A stretch of DNA of 64,000 bases from Gemmatimonadaceae bacterium (GTDB lineage: Bacteria; Gemmatimonadota; Gemmatimonadetes; Gemmatimonadales; Gemmatimonadaceae), in assembly GCA_041499635.1 (NCBI GenBank), contig JBGQKT010000001.1, forward strand, positions 2,195 through 66,194. Direction: 5' to 3'. Below are positions 1 through 8,414 of this stretch, in pieces (position 1 is the first letter of the stretch; each line of letters opens with the position of its first letter). The notes under the pieces are model-generated. The model was not told where the DNA came from. It saw nothing but the letters and a program-made list of their open reading frames with translations, and did not search any database. Both the position numbers and the translations under genes were made by a program.

Positions 1-1
1 G

Positions 2-1429
2 GATGCGAAGCACTCGCACAAACTCTGGGGCGGGCGGTTTGCTGTGCCCACTGATCAGGCTCTCGATGCGCTTAATCGTTCCATCGCGGTGGATTACCGG
101 TTGTGGCCCGCCGACATTCGACTGTCGCAGGCGTGGGCAATGGCTCTCCGGGACGCGGGCGTTCTCACCCTTGAGGAAAGCCAACAGATAGAACGCGGAT
201 TGGAAGCTGTGGCAAAGCGTCTTGGTAGTGGAGAGAAGCCCGACCCTTCCGACGAAGACGTTCACACAATGATCGACCGAATGCTCCACGATGAGATCGG
301 TGACCTGGCATCGAAGCTACATACAGGTCGAAGTCGAAACGATCAGGTTGCAACAGCGACGCGGCTTTGGACTATCGAGGCGGCAAGCAGCGTCGATGTT
401 TCGATTCGGAAGCTGCAACAGACTCTGATCGATCACGCAGGAAAGCTGGAACAGAGTTACATGCCGGCCTATACGCATCTCCAGCGAGCACAGCCCGTTT
501 CGGCTGCACACTGGATATTGTCGCACTTTTGGCCGCTCGATCGCGATCGCGCACGATTGTCGTCGGTCGCACGCTCTGCAGCTGTATTACCGCTCGGCGC
601 CGGTGCAATTGCCGGATCTGCTTATCCGATCTCGCGCGTCCTGTTGCAGGACAGCCTCGGCTTCACTTCCCTTTCGCAGAACAGTATCGATGCCGTGGGT
701 GATCGCGATTTTGTCGCCGAAATGCTTTTTAGCATTGCGCTGTTGGCAGCTCACCTCTCACGTCTAGCCGAAGATCTCATTCTGTACGGTTCAAGCGAAT
801 TTGGATTCGCGAAATTCGGGGAAGCCTTTACGACCGGATCGAGCATGATGCCGCAAAAGCGCAATCCCGACGCGCTCGAGCTGGCGCGAGCTTCCGCTCC
901 TCGCGTGCTTGGCGATCTCGTAACGATGCTTGGTCTATTGAAGGGACTTCCCAGCGGGTACAACAAGGATCTTCAGGAAGACAAGCGAGCTCTCTTCGAT
1001 GCGGTCGATCTCATCGCGCTGGTTCTGCCCGCCGTGAACGGAACCGTTGCAGAGATCACATTCGACGAGAAGCGAATGGCCGGAGCCATCTCGAGCAGCA
1101 TGATGGCAACAGACCTCGCGGACTATCTGGTCAGAAAAGGAAGTACGTTCCGGCAAGCCCATGAAGCAGTCGGCTCACTTATCCGTGAATCAGAAAAGAA
1201 AGGATGTGAGCTGGGGGCCCTCGAGCTTGAATCCTTCAATTCGGCCCATGCACTGTTTGACGCCGATGTCTATGACTGGCTTGCGCCCGCTCGCTCGGTT
1301 TCCGCTCGAAACCTGTCTGGTGGAACCGGTCCGGACGCAGTGAGAGCGCAACTCGAAGCAGCTCGCGAATCGTTGTCCCCTTCCAACAACGCTCAGCGCG
1401 GTAATGCGCTGAACCTTCATACAGTTTGA
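2..1429 (+). CDS. argH: Argininosuccinate lyase (5'-truncated by window edge)
   Basis: Frame is open from position 2 and reads HKLWGGRF (canonical ArgH N-terminus). Also LHTGRSRNDQ and the fumarase-family signature GSSMMPQKRNPD. Confidence 0.96.
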   Translation, partial: DAKHSHKLWGGRFAVPTDQALDALNRSIAVDYRLWPADIRLSQAWAMALRDAGVLTLEESQQIERGLEAVAKRLGSGEKPDPSDEDVHTMIDRMLHDEIGDLASKLHTGRSRNDQVATATRLWTIEAASSVDVSIRKLQQTLIDHAGKLEQSYMPAYTHLQRAQPVSAAHWILSHFWPLDRDRARLSSVARSAAVLPLGAGAIAGSAYPISRVLLQDSLGFTSLSQNSIDAVGDRDFVAEMLFSIALLAAHLSRLAEDLILYGSSEFGFAKFGEAFTTGSSMMPQKRNPDALELARASAPRVLGDLVTMLGLLKGLPSGYNKDLQEDKRALFDAVDLIALVLPAVNGTVAEITFDEKRMAGAISSSMMATDLADYLVRKGSTFRQAHEAVGSLIRESEKKGCELGALELESFNSAHALFDADVYDWLAPARSVSARNLSGGTGPDAVRAQLEAARESLSPSNNAQRGNALNLHTV

Positions 1430-1456
1430 TTCTTATCTAACCAAGCTACAGGCCAC

Positions 1457-1488
1457 AAAAAAGGCACCTGCAATCGCAGGCGCCTTTT
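1457..1488. terminator. Bidirectional intrinsic terminator between argH and the convergent OMP gene
   Basis: AAAAAA-GGCACCTGC-AATC-GCAGGCGCC-TTTT: hairpin with A/T tracts on both sides. Confidence 0.85.
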
Positions 1489-1498
1489 CTATCGAGCG

Positions 1499-2038
1499 TC
1501 AGAACTGAACGCCGAATACGACAGGGATGAATTGAGTCGCGTTGTTGTCTGTGAATACGTGATGAAACCGCGCCTCGACAAACGTGTTGAACCCGCTGAG
1601 CGGGAAAACGGCGCCGATTCCGCCATTCACCCCAAACTTATTGATCGATTCGTCATTCGGACGATCCAGCTTTAGCCCGTAGTAGCCAGCTCCGCCGATG
1701 AGATAGGGGCGAATTCCCTGCCCCGGCAAGCTGTATAGGAGATTTGCAGTGCCGGCTATGATCCTCGCATCCGGCTGATTTTGCACGAGATCGGCGCGTC
1801 CGCCAAATTTGTTGTACATCCCCTCGAAACGAATGCCAACAGGCGATCCAATTGAATTCAGCTCGAGCCCCGCCGTTCCATTGAATCCGGTATTGAATCC
1901 ATCCGAGAAATCACCCACTGGAATGGCAGCTCCAACAGCTAAGTCAAGCGACACGGGTTTGGGGGACTGCGCCGAGAGTTGGGAGGCGAAAAGAGTCGCT
2001 CCCGCGACGATAAGTCCTGTCCAGATTTGCTTTACCAC
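1499..2038 (-). CDS. Outer-membrane beta-barrel protein (OmpA-like transmembrane domain)
   Basis: GTG start at 2038 after AGGAG; signal peptide ending LSAQ; amphipathic strands (PYLIGGAGYY, FVEARFHH); C-terminal Phe (VFGVQF). Confidence 0.85.
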   Translation of the reverse strand: MVKQIWTGLIVAGATLFASQLSAQSPKPVSLDLAVGAAIPVGDFSDGFNTGFNGTAGLELNSIGSPVGIRFEGMYNKFGGRADLVQNQPDARIIAGTANLLYSLPGQGIRPYLIGGAGYYGLKLDRPNDESINKFGVNGGIGAVFPLSGFNTFVEARFHHVFTDNNATQFIPVVFGVQF

Positions 2039-2200
2039 GATTTGCTCCTGTTTGGGACGAGATTCTATTCTTCGAGACCGGCTCGACTTCTTTGGCTGAG
2101 CCCTTCGAACACACGACACTTGCCTCGATCGTCCCCGGCTGTTGCACAACCTGTGCTTGAAGTCGAAGTTAAATATTCCTAACTAAAAAGGTTAATTAAC

Positions 2201-2575
2201 GTGCGAGCCTATACCGTTACAGCCACTGCCGTTACACTGGGTGTAACTAAAAAGTGGATCGACAACGTCCTGTCTCACCATAGCGTCGAAGGCGTCCTCC
2301 ATGAGAAACAGGGAATTCAGCGTCAGGTGACACCCATTGGCCTGCTCACCCTTGAGATCGCCATCGGTCTTGGACGCTCGATGAACGTTCCGATTGGTCG
2401 AGCACTCGAGATGTCCAATCACTTGATTGCAGCGAAGGGAGGGGAGGTGGCATTCGGGCCATCCCTTAAGCTCCGAGCAGACGTTGAATCCATCTCTCGA
2501 CAGCTCAACCACCGACTTGAGCGCGCATTGGAGATGACTCCCGCACCAAGGCGGGGACGGCCGAGATCCAAATAA
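2201..2575 (+). CDS. Hypothetical protein, MerR/Xis-like HTH N-terminus and C-terminal RRGRPR motif
   Basis: 124-aa ORF followed directly by a terminator. YTVTATAVTLGVTKKWIDN resembles a MerR/Xis-type helix-turn-helix start. Confidence 0.7.
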   Translation: MRAYTVTATAVTLGVTKKWIDNVLSHHSVEGVLHEKQGIQRQVTPIGLLTLEIAIGLGRSMNVPIGRALEMSNHLIAAKGGEVAFGPSLKLRADVESISRQLNHRLERALEMTPAPRRGRPRSK

Positions 2576-2607
2576 GCAGCGGGACGCCTTGCGACGTCCC
2601 GCTGCTT
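2574..2607. terminator. Hairpin terminator between the HTH gene and csp
   Basis: AAGCAGCGGGACG-CCTTGCGA-CGTCCCGCTGCTT, 13-bp perfect stem. Confidence 0.8.
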
Positions 2608-2639
2608 CTGCCGGCAAAGATGCGGAGCGAGCCCGCGTC

Positions 2640-2849
2640 CTAGCTGCTCTTTGTGACGTTCTCTGCCGCGGGGCCCTTCTGCCCTTCGACGATGTCGAAT
2701 TCGACAGCATCCCCTTCTGCTAGCGACTTGAATCCATTCCCTGTGATTGCGCTGTAATGGACAAAGCAATCTTTCTGCCCATTGTCAGGGGTGATAAAGC
2801 CGAAGCCCTTCGCATCGTTGAACCACTTTACTTTGCCGGTCGTACGCAT
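2640..2849 (-). CDS. Cold-shock protein (CspA family), copy 1
   Basis: [19 protein letters not shown]...FVHYSAI (RNP1/RNP2); AGGAG SD before ATG 2849. Confidence 0.96.
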   Translation of the reverse strand: MRTTGKVKWFNDAKGFGFITPDNGQKDCFVHYSAITGNGFKSLAEGDAVEFDIVEGQKGPAAENVTKSS

Positions 2850-2997
2850 TCCTGCTCCTGGTAAAGAATGTCCGACACGGCAGAATTGCCGCAGCGGACA
2901 CAAGCCGGTGGCGAATCCCATTTCCCAAAAAAATTCGCCGAATGAAACGCCCTGACGTTCGGTCTAACTAGACCGACGGGGCGGGTTGCTGGGCGAC

Positions 2998-3026
2998 ATT
3001 ATATCACGGTCTGGCGGAGCGGACAA
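2998..3026 (-). promoter_or_regulatory. Sigma70-type promoter of csp copy 1
   Basis: Minus strand TTGTCC (3026-3021), 17-bp spacer, TATAAT (3003-2998). Confidence 0.7.
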
Positions 3027-3037
3027 TAGAAAACTGT

Positions 3038-3439
3038 TCACGGATTTACAAGTCGCACATTTGTGATGTAGTACTCGGTCTCCGCAAAACATGAGGTCGG
3101 CACTCCGCGATGTTGATCATACGTGAGTGACACCCTCTTTCCGACATTTTTTTCGAGGATGCGCGCAACCGAATCGTCCCGTACACTAAAACGAAAAATC
3201 TCTGGCATTGTCCCAGGAAGATTCGCCATCGCCAGTTCACCTTCCCACGTTTTACATACCCAACCCTTCTTCGAAATCTTCTGCACGTAGCCGGCGCGTT
3301 CGCCCTTCGAATATGAGTAGTTGAGAGTAACCCACGACCACGTGCCGAAAACCAGAGAAGGTACGAGTAGGATGAGCAGCAAAGCCAACAATCCCAAACG
3401 TCGCGTGCGGTGAGATGTTTCGGGTGTATTGTTTGACAT
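3038..3439 (-). CDS. Conserved membrane-anchored hypothetical protein
   Basis: One N-terminal TM helix; GERAGYVQKISKKGWVCKTWEGEL motif of a widespread uncharacterised family. Confidence 0.7.
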   Translation of the reverse strand: MSNNTPETSHRTRRLGLLALLLILLVPSLVFGTWSWVTLNYSYSKGERAGYVQKISKKGWVCKTWEGELAMANLPGTMPEIFRFSVRDDSVARILEKNVGKRVSLTYDQHRGVPTSCFAETEYYITNVRLVNP

Positions 3440-3544
3440 GGAGTTTCAAATCCTGTTTGACGAAAGTGGCCGCTGATAGAGAAGGGAATTCATCTATTAC
3501 CGCTCCACGGAATTAGCTTTACTCTGCAACTCGACAAGATACCC

Positions 3545-4780
3545 ATGGTGCTCGGCAATCGCAGAAAAACAGTAACGGTTATGGTCGGCGATGTGGCCGT
3601 TGGCAGTGGCCAGCCCATCGTCGTTCAGTCGATGACCAACACCGATACCGCTGATCCTGTGTCGACGGCGGCGCAAGTTGCCGATCTCGCAAATGCCGGA
3701 TCCCAACTCGTTCGCATAACCGTCAACAACGACGAGGCTGCCGTTGCGGTTCCAGAAATCGCGGCTCGAGTCAGCGATCTCGGTGTCGACGTTCCCCTGA
3801 TAGGAGACTTCCACTACAACGGTCACCTTCTGCTCGCGAAGTACCCTTTGGCAGCCACAGTTCTCGCTAAGTATCGAATCAACCCGGGCAACGTTGGAAG
3901 TAAGCGGCGGGACGAGAACTTTCGAACGATAGCAAGAGTGGCTGCGGAAAACGGTAAGGCAATTCGTATCGGAGTGAATTGGGGATCGCTTGATCAGGAT
4001 CTCCTGACTGAAATGATGGAAGCCAACGCTCGACTGTCCGACCCACGTGAGTCAAACGAGGTCTACATCGAGGCAATGCTCGAAAGTGCTCTTCGTTCGG
4101 CGACCCTCGCTGAGGAGAGTGGAGTCCCGCACGACCACATCATTCTTTCTGCAAAGGTTTCTGGCGTTCAGGAGTTGATCCGAGTTTATCGCAGTCTTGC
4201 AGACCGCTGTGATTATCCGCTGCACCTCGGACTGACTGAGGCGGGGATGGGAAGCAAAGGCATCATCTCGAGCACTGCCGCCTTATCCATCCTCCTATCG
4301 GAAGGCATCGGTGACACAGTCCGCGTGTCACTGACGCCAAAGCCGAATGGCGATCGCACCGAGGAAGTTCAGGTCGCACAGCAGATATTACAGTCACTCG
4401 ATCTTAGGCGCTTTAACCCGCAGGTGACTGCATGTCCGGGCTGCGGACGCACCACTTCGACTTTCTTCCAGAAAATGGCGGAGGACATTGAGACTTACCT
4501 TCGCGATCAGATGCCCGCATGGCGATCAAGATATCCCGCCATATCGGACTTGAGAGTTGCAGTGATGGGCTGCGTGGTCAATGGACCAGGTGAATCCAAG
4601 CACGCAAATATCGGAATCTCTCTTCCTGGAACTTTCGAGGAGCCAAAAGCACCGGTCTACGTGGACGGCAAGTTGTTCGTAACACTGAAGGGCGACACGA
4701 TTGTCGCGGACTTTCTCGAGATCCTCGACGATTACATCGAGCGGCGCTACGGTGAGCCGGTTAGCGCAACGGTGTCTTAG
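3545..4780 (+). CDS. ispG: (E)-4-hydroxy-3-methylbut-2-enyl-diphosphate synthase
   Basis: [36 protein letters not shown] and Fe-S ligands ACPGCGR...[11 protein letters not shown]. Confidence 0.97.
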   Translation: MVLGNRRKTVTVMVGDVAVGSGQPIVVQSMTNTDTADPVSTAAQVADLANAGSQLVRITVNNDEAAVAVPEIAARVSDLGVDVPLIGDFHYNGHLLLAKYPLAATVLAKYRINPGNVGSKRRDENFRTIARVAAENGKAIRIGVNWGSLDQDLLTEMMEANARLSDPRESNEVYIEAMLESALRSATLAEESGVPHDHIILSAKVSGVQELIRVYRSLADRCDYPLHLGLTEAGMGSKGIISSTAALSILLSEGIGDTVRVSLTPKPNGDRTEEVQVAQQILQSLDLRRFNPQVTACPGCGRTTSTFFQKMAEDIETYLRDQMPAWRSRYPAISDLRVAVMGCVVNGPGESKHANIGISLPGTFEEPKAPVYVDGKLFVTLKGDTIVADFLEILDDYIERRYGEPVSATVS

Positions 4781-5403
4781 GGCTGCTTCTCGAGCTCGTC
4801 GACTGCGACCCCCAACTCTTCCATGATCGGCGCGTTGAATCCGAGAGCCCTCAACCTCTCGTAGACATCGCGATACCAGGCAACCGTAGTCGCTCGGCCA
4901 CCGCTGAATCGCGACCATATCGTTTGTGAATCCACAGTCCGCTTTAGATCCGAAAGTATTGAGCGAGCGTTGTGCAACTTGTCCGCTGCGCAAACCCATT
5001 TAGCCGTCTCGCTCGCTTCAGAGAGCCGTTGGACATAGTCACTCTTTCTATCCGCCGAGGACAATTCCACTCCCTCGTCATCCAAACGCCGGTAAGTGAC
5101 TTGAAGAATCGTCTCCAGTACCGTCTCGCCAAACTTCTCGCCGATTCTTTGTCCCAGCATCTCTCTCGTGTATCCGTCACGTACGCAGTCTTCAACCACG
5201 TCGTGGAGAATCCCTGCTACGACCGTTTCATCGTCGCAGCCATAGCGCGTTAGAATCACGGCGACATTTGCCGGATGGGTGAGGTACGGAAGCTTGGTAC
5301 CTTTTCTTACCTGCCGATCATGATGCTTCGCGGCAAACGCAAAAGCGTGGTTGATCGCGTCCGAATATCCTCGCGGCAATTTCAGAGCGTCCGCTTGAAC
5401 CAT
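4777..5403 (-). CDS. HD-domain protein, Mesh1/small alarmone hydrolase-like
   Basis: [27 protein letters not shown] and ADKLHN motifs of the RelA/SpoT hydrolase domain; no synthetase domain. Confidence 0.85.
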   Translation of the reverse strand: MVQADALKLPRGYSDAINHAFAFAAKHHDRQVRKGTKLPYLTHPANVAVILTRYGCDDETVVAGILHDVVEDCVRDGYTREMLGQRIGEKFGETVLETILQVTYRRLDDEGVELSSADRKSDYVQRLSEASETAKWVCAADKLHNARSILSDLKRTVDSQTIWSRFSGGRATTVAWYRDVYERLRALGFNAPIMEELGVAVDELEKQP

Positions 5404-5873
5404 TTAACGATTCCTTCGAGGCCGGTGCGGTCTTCATCGCTGAACGAGCCTCGCTCCTCGGAATCAACATCGAGTACCGCTATCAGCTCATTTCGCCGAT
5501 TGAAAACAGGAACCACGATTTCGGACCTCGCCCTCGCGTCACATGTGATGTGACCAGGAAAAAGTTCTACATCCTCTACGATGACAGTTCGGTTTTCCGC
5601 GGCCGCGGTGCCGCAAACACCCCTCCCGACCTCGATTTCGAGGCAGCCGAGGCTCCCTTGGTATGGACCTATCCGCATCAGCTTCCCAGGTTCGACTACC
5701 CGATAAAATCCAGTCCATAAGAAACCGAGAGAGCTTTGAAGCAATGCCGAGATCGTCGCCATTGCGCTGATCGGATCATCGATGCCGTCGAGAACCAAGT
5801 TGACCTGCTCCGTCAGCTCGGCGTACGCGGCAGAGCGGGGAAGTCCCCTCAGGTCTACGATAGTTTCAGCCAT
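5382..5873 (-). CDS. msrC: GAF-domain protein, free methionine-(R)-sulfoxide reductase-like
   Basis: WTGFY, GPYQGSLGC, GRGVCGTAA, FPGHITCD, SEIVVP and VLDVDS motifs. Confidence 0.8.
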   Translation of the reverse strand: MAETIVDLRGLPRSAAYAELTEQVNLVLDGIDDPISAMATISALLQSSLGFLWTGFYRVVEPGKLMRIGPYQGSLGCLEIEVGRGVCGTAAAENRTVIVEDVELFPGHITCDARARSEIVVPVFNRRNELIAVLDVDSEERGSFSDEDRTGLEGIVKWFKRTL

Positions 5874-5888
5874 GGATTGACTGTGACT

Positions 5889-7595
5889 CTAATAGGTTCC
5901 AACAAGCTGCGACGATTCTTTCTTCGAACCCGACGAGACGTCGCTCCTTTCTGCCCATGATTCGATTTGCGGAGGATCGTCGTCCCAAAGAACAATTCCG
6001 TGAACGCGGAGGTCGAGCTTGCGAAGCCGCTCAACTGATTTCCGTAAGTCGGAGATTCGCGTGTGGCCGATTCGCGCGCACACGACAACATCGGGACTTG
6101 GAATGACTGCCGTCGATTGCTTCAGCATGTAACCGGTCGGCGCAGCAATGACGATCAAATCGTAGCGACGCTCCAGCCGCGCAAAATCCTCACGAATCCT
6201 TTCTGCAATCTCGGGCGAAGCAATGCCTGCTGGACGAGTTCCACTCGGCACAACATCGAGAGGTCGATCCCTCCCGATCGTCGTCGAGACGATTGAATCC
6301 GCCCAGTCAGAAACTCCAGCAATGATTCCGACGAAACCCGGCGTGGGACGAACGCGCAATACGCTCGCGACTACGCAGCTCGCCGGATCGACATCAACGA
6401 GGAGGGTGCTTCTCGCTTCGTAAGCAGCGGAGGCAGCAAGGTTCGACGCAATGGTTCCGACAATCTCTGCGTCATCACCGACGACGGTGACGATCGGTAC
6501 GTTCGCTTCTGTAGCAGCCAGATGCAAATAAAGTCGCCGGTAATTCTCCGATACGACGTCGATCAGCGGCGGCGCTTCTGCATCGGCCTGTCGACGGCTG
6601 CGCTCTGACCCGGCTTCGGCAGGACGGATTACGGAAAGCACTCGAGCTGCTGTCACTTGCTCCGCTTCCCGCGCATCCGCAATGCGAGGGCTCCGAAGCT
6701 CGAGCGCAAATGCCACGGCGAACCCAAGAGTAAGAGCGAGTACGATTGCTGCTCCGAGCATCGCTAACGGAGGAGCACCGACATTGGCCAGATCACGAGC
6801 CTTTGATGCTTCGCCATCTATTTTTTCATCCGCTGCTCGTATTTGAGCCAACTGACGCGCTGCTCCGGCGTAGCTCTGCTGAGCCTGTTGACGTTGCGCC
6901 AAATACTTCACCGTGTCGATTTGTGTTTGCGGCACCGCAACAGGAGCAGCAGGACGCAGAAGTGCCAGCTGCGACCTGGCGGCGGCTCGTTTCGTCTCGG
7001 CAGTTGCCTGGATTTGTCGGCCTAGCGCTGTAGCTCTCGACGTCAGTGCTACGAAAACTGGATCCACTCCACCGACTGCGCCAAAGGCATCCCGCTCCTG
7101 TTCGATCGACGCAAGCGAATCAAGAAGCGTCCTCACCGCTTGGTCGTTCGCCATTACTGTAGCAGACCCAAGCGCTTTGTACGACGCCGGAAGGGGCGCA
7201 TTCTCAGCACGATCGATCAAGCGATTGAGTGTGGAGACAACTGCGGACAATGAGTCACGTTGCGCCACCAGTTGCGGCGGAAACGTATCTATCGGCGCCG
7301 CGGCTATCGGAGTGACTGTCCGACGAGCAACGCCCAGCATTGAGTCTGCGTCCGCAATTTGTACAATCGCTCGCACTCGCGTCGCAGCGAGGCCTGATGA
7401 ATCCGGTTTTTCCTGCAACGAGGCAGCAACTGCGACAGCAGCTCTCGATGCTTGCCTGGGGACGAGAACGAATGCTATCAGCGCGCAGATGAAAACAAGT
7501 CCGCCAACGATTCCCATCACGGCAAATCTTCGTGAGGCGTTCAACGCCCGCGCTGAAGTCCACAGATAATTCAAGCTCGTCGAGGCTCTACTCAT
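5889..7595 (-). CDS. Wzc/chain-length-determinant-like membrane protein with degenerate BY-kinase domain
   Basis: Two TM helices flank a coiled-coil region, followed by PRIADAREAEQ, SNLAASAA..RSTLLVDVD and YDLIVI; the Walker A lysine is absent. Confidence 0.75.
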   Translation of the reverse strand: MSRASTSLNYLWTSARALNASRRFAVMGIVGGLVFICALIAFVLVPRQASRAAVAVAASLQEKPDSSGLAATRVRAIVQIADADSMLGVARRTVTPIAAAPIDTFPPQLVAQRDSLSAVVSTLNRLIDRAENAPLPASYKALGSATVMANDQAVRTLLDSLASIEQERDAFGAVGGVDPVFVALTSRATALGRQIQATAETKRAAARSQLALLRPAAPVAVPQTQIDTVKYLAQRQQAQQSYAGAARQLAQIRAADEKIDGEASKARDLANVGAPPLAMLGAAIVLALTLGFAVAFALELRSPRIADAREAEQVTAARVLSVIRPAEAGSERSRRQADAEAPPLIDVVSENYRRLYLHLAATEANVPIVTVVGDDAEIVGTIASNLAASAAYEARSTLLVDVDPASCVVASVLRVRPTPGFVGIIAGVSDWADSIVSTTIGRDRPLDVVPSGTRPAGIASPEIAERIREDFARLERRYDLIVIAAPTGYMLKQSTAVIPSPDVVVCARIGHTRISDLRKSVERLRKLDLRVHGIVLWDDDPPQIESWAERSDVSSGSKKESSQLVGTY

Positions 7596-7647
7596 TCTTC
7601 TGAAATATACGCGCCGTCGAAGGAGTCTCTGCCACGGGGGAGTGCAA

Positions 7648-7680
7648 TAAAAAGGGGAGCATCAATCGATGCTCCCTTCA
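7648..7680 (-). terminator. Intrinsic terminator of the blue-copper gene
   Basis: GGGAGCATC-GATT-GATGCTCCC followed by a T-rich tract on the minus strand. Confidence 0.85.
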
Positions 7681-7697
7681 ATGTCCGGAACTGGTCG

Positions 7698-8231
7698 CTA
7701 TTGAACCGTTATCTCTCCCTTCATGCCAAGCGCCAAATGAGGCGTGCAGTGATAGGGATATTTTCCCGGTTTGATGTTGCCGAAAGAGATCGTCACTGAT
7801 TCTCCCGGATTTGTTTTCAACGCGCTCGAGAGCTCGCCCATTTTGTCCGAGCCCATGTTTGCATCGAGTTGACTTTTTGAGTCGGCCGGAATGGTCGCGG
7901 GATCGAATGCCACGTTGTGAGGACCGCCGGTGACTACCGTGAATTTGATGCCGTCGCCGGTTTTGATGGTGAGGTTTGCCGGCTCGAAGCGATATCCCTT
8001 CGCGTCGCCGATCATCTTCACCTCGTGCGTGGCACCCGTAATCGGTGCCATGGTTCCACTGCCGGCTGCTGGAGCCGTGGCGGGAGCGGGTGACGCTGGT
8101 GCCGGTGCTGCAGCAGTGCTCGATGTATCAGTCGCTACTCCAACTGTATCTGCAGCGTTGCTCTTGTCCCCGCCTGCACAAGCGCCCAGAAATACTGTAC
8201 CGGCCGCAAGCGCTAATCCAAAGAACCGCAT
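7698..8231 (-). CDS. Plastocyanin/azurin-family blue-copper lipoprotein
   Basis: Lipobox FLGAC, Ala/Pro/Thr linker, type-1 Cu ligands PHNV and YHCTPHLALGM (C-x2-H-x4-M). Confidence 0.92.
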   Translation of the reverse strand: MRFFGLALAAGTVFLGACAGGDKSNAADTVGVATDTSSTAAAPAPASPAPATAPAAGSGTMAPITGATHEVKMIGDAKGYRFEPANLTIKTGDGIKFTVVTGGPHNVAFDPATIPADSKSQLDANMGSDKMGELSSALKTNPGESVTISFGNIKPGKYPYHCTPHLALGMKGEITVQ

Positions 8232-8293
8232 TCTAAAAAACCTCCGTACTGGTTACATCTGGTTAAGTGTTGCCAGCGACGATAGTCGCAAGA

Positions 8294-8329
8294 TCTTGTG
8301 AATTTATTCACAAGAGATGCATAAAGCAA
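8294..8329 (-). promoter_or_regulatory. Promoter of the blue-copper gene overlapped by a Rex/CRP-type operator
   Basis: TTGCTT (8329-8324), 17 bp, TAAATT (8306-8301); palindrome TCTTGTGAAT-TT-ATTCACAAGA at 8294-8315. Confidence 0.75.
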
Positions 8330-8414
8330 CACGGTCGACTCTCCGCTACTGCAGTCGGCAATGTTCGTGCGAGATCAACATTGTTGTTGCGATGGGCCCT
8401 TCTCAGTGAGCCTG

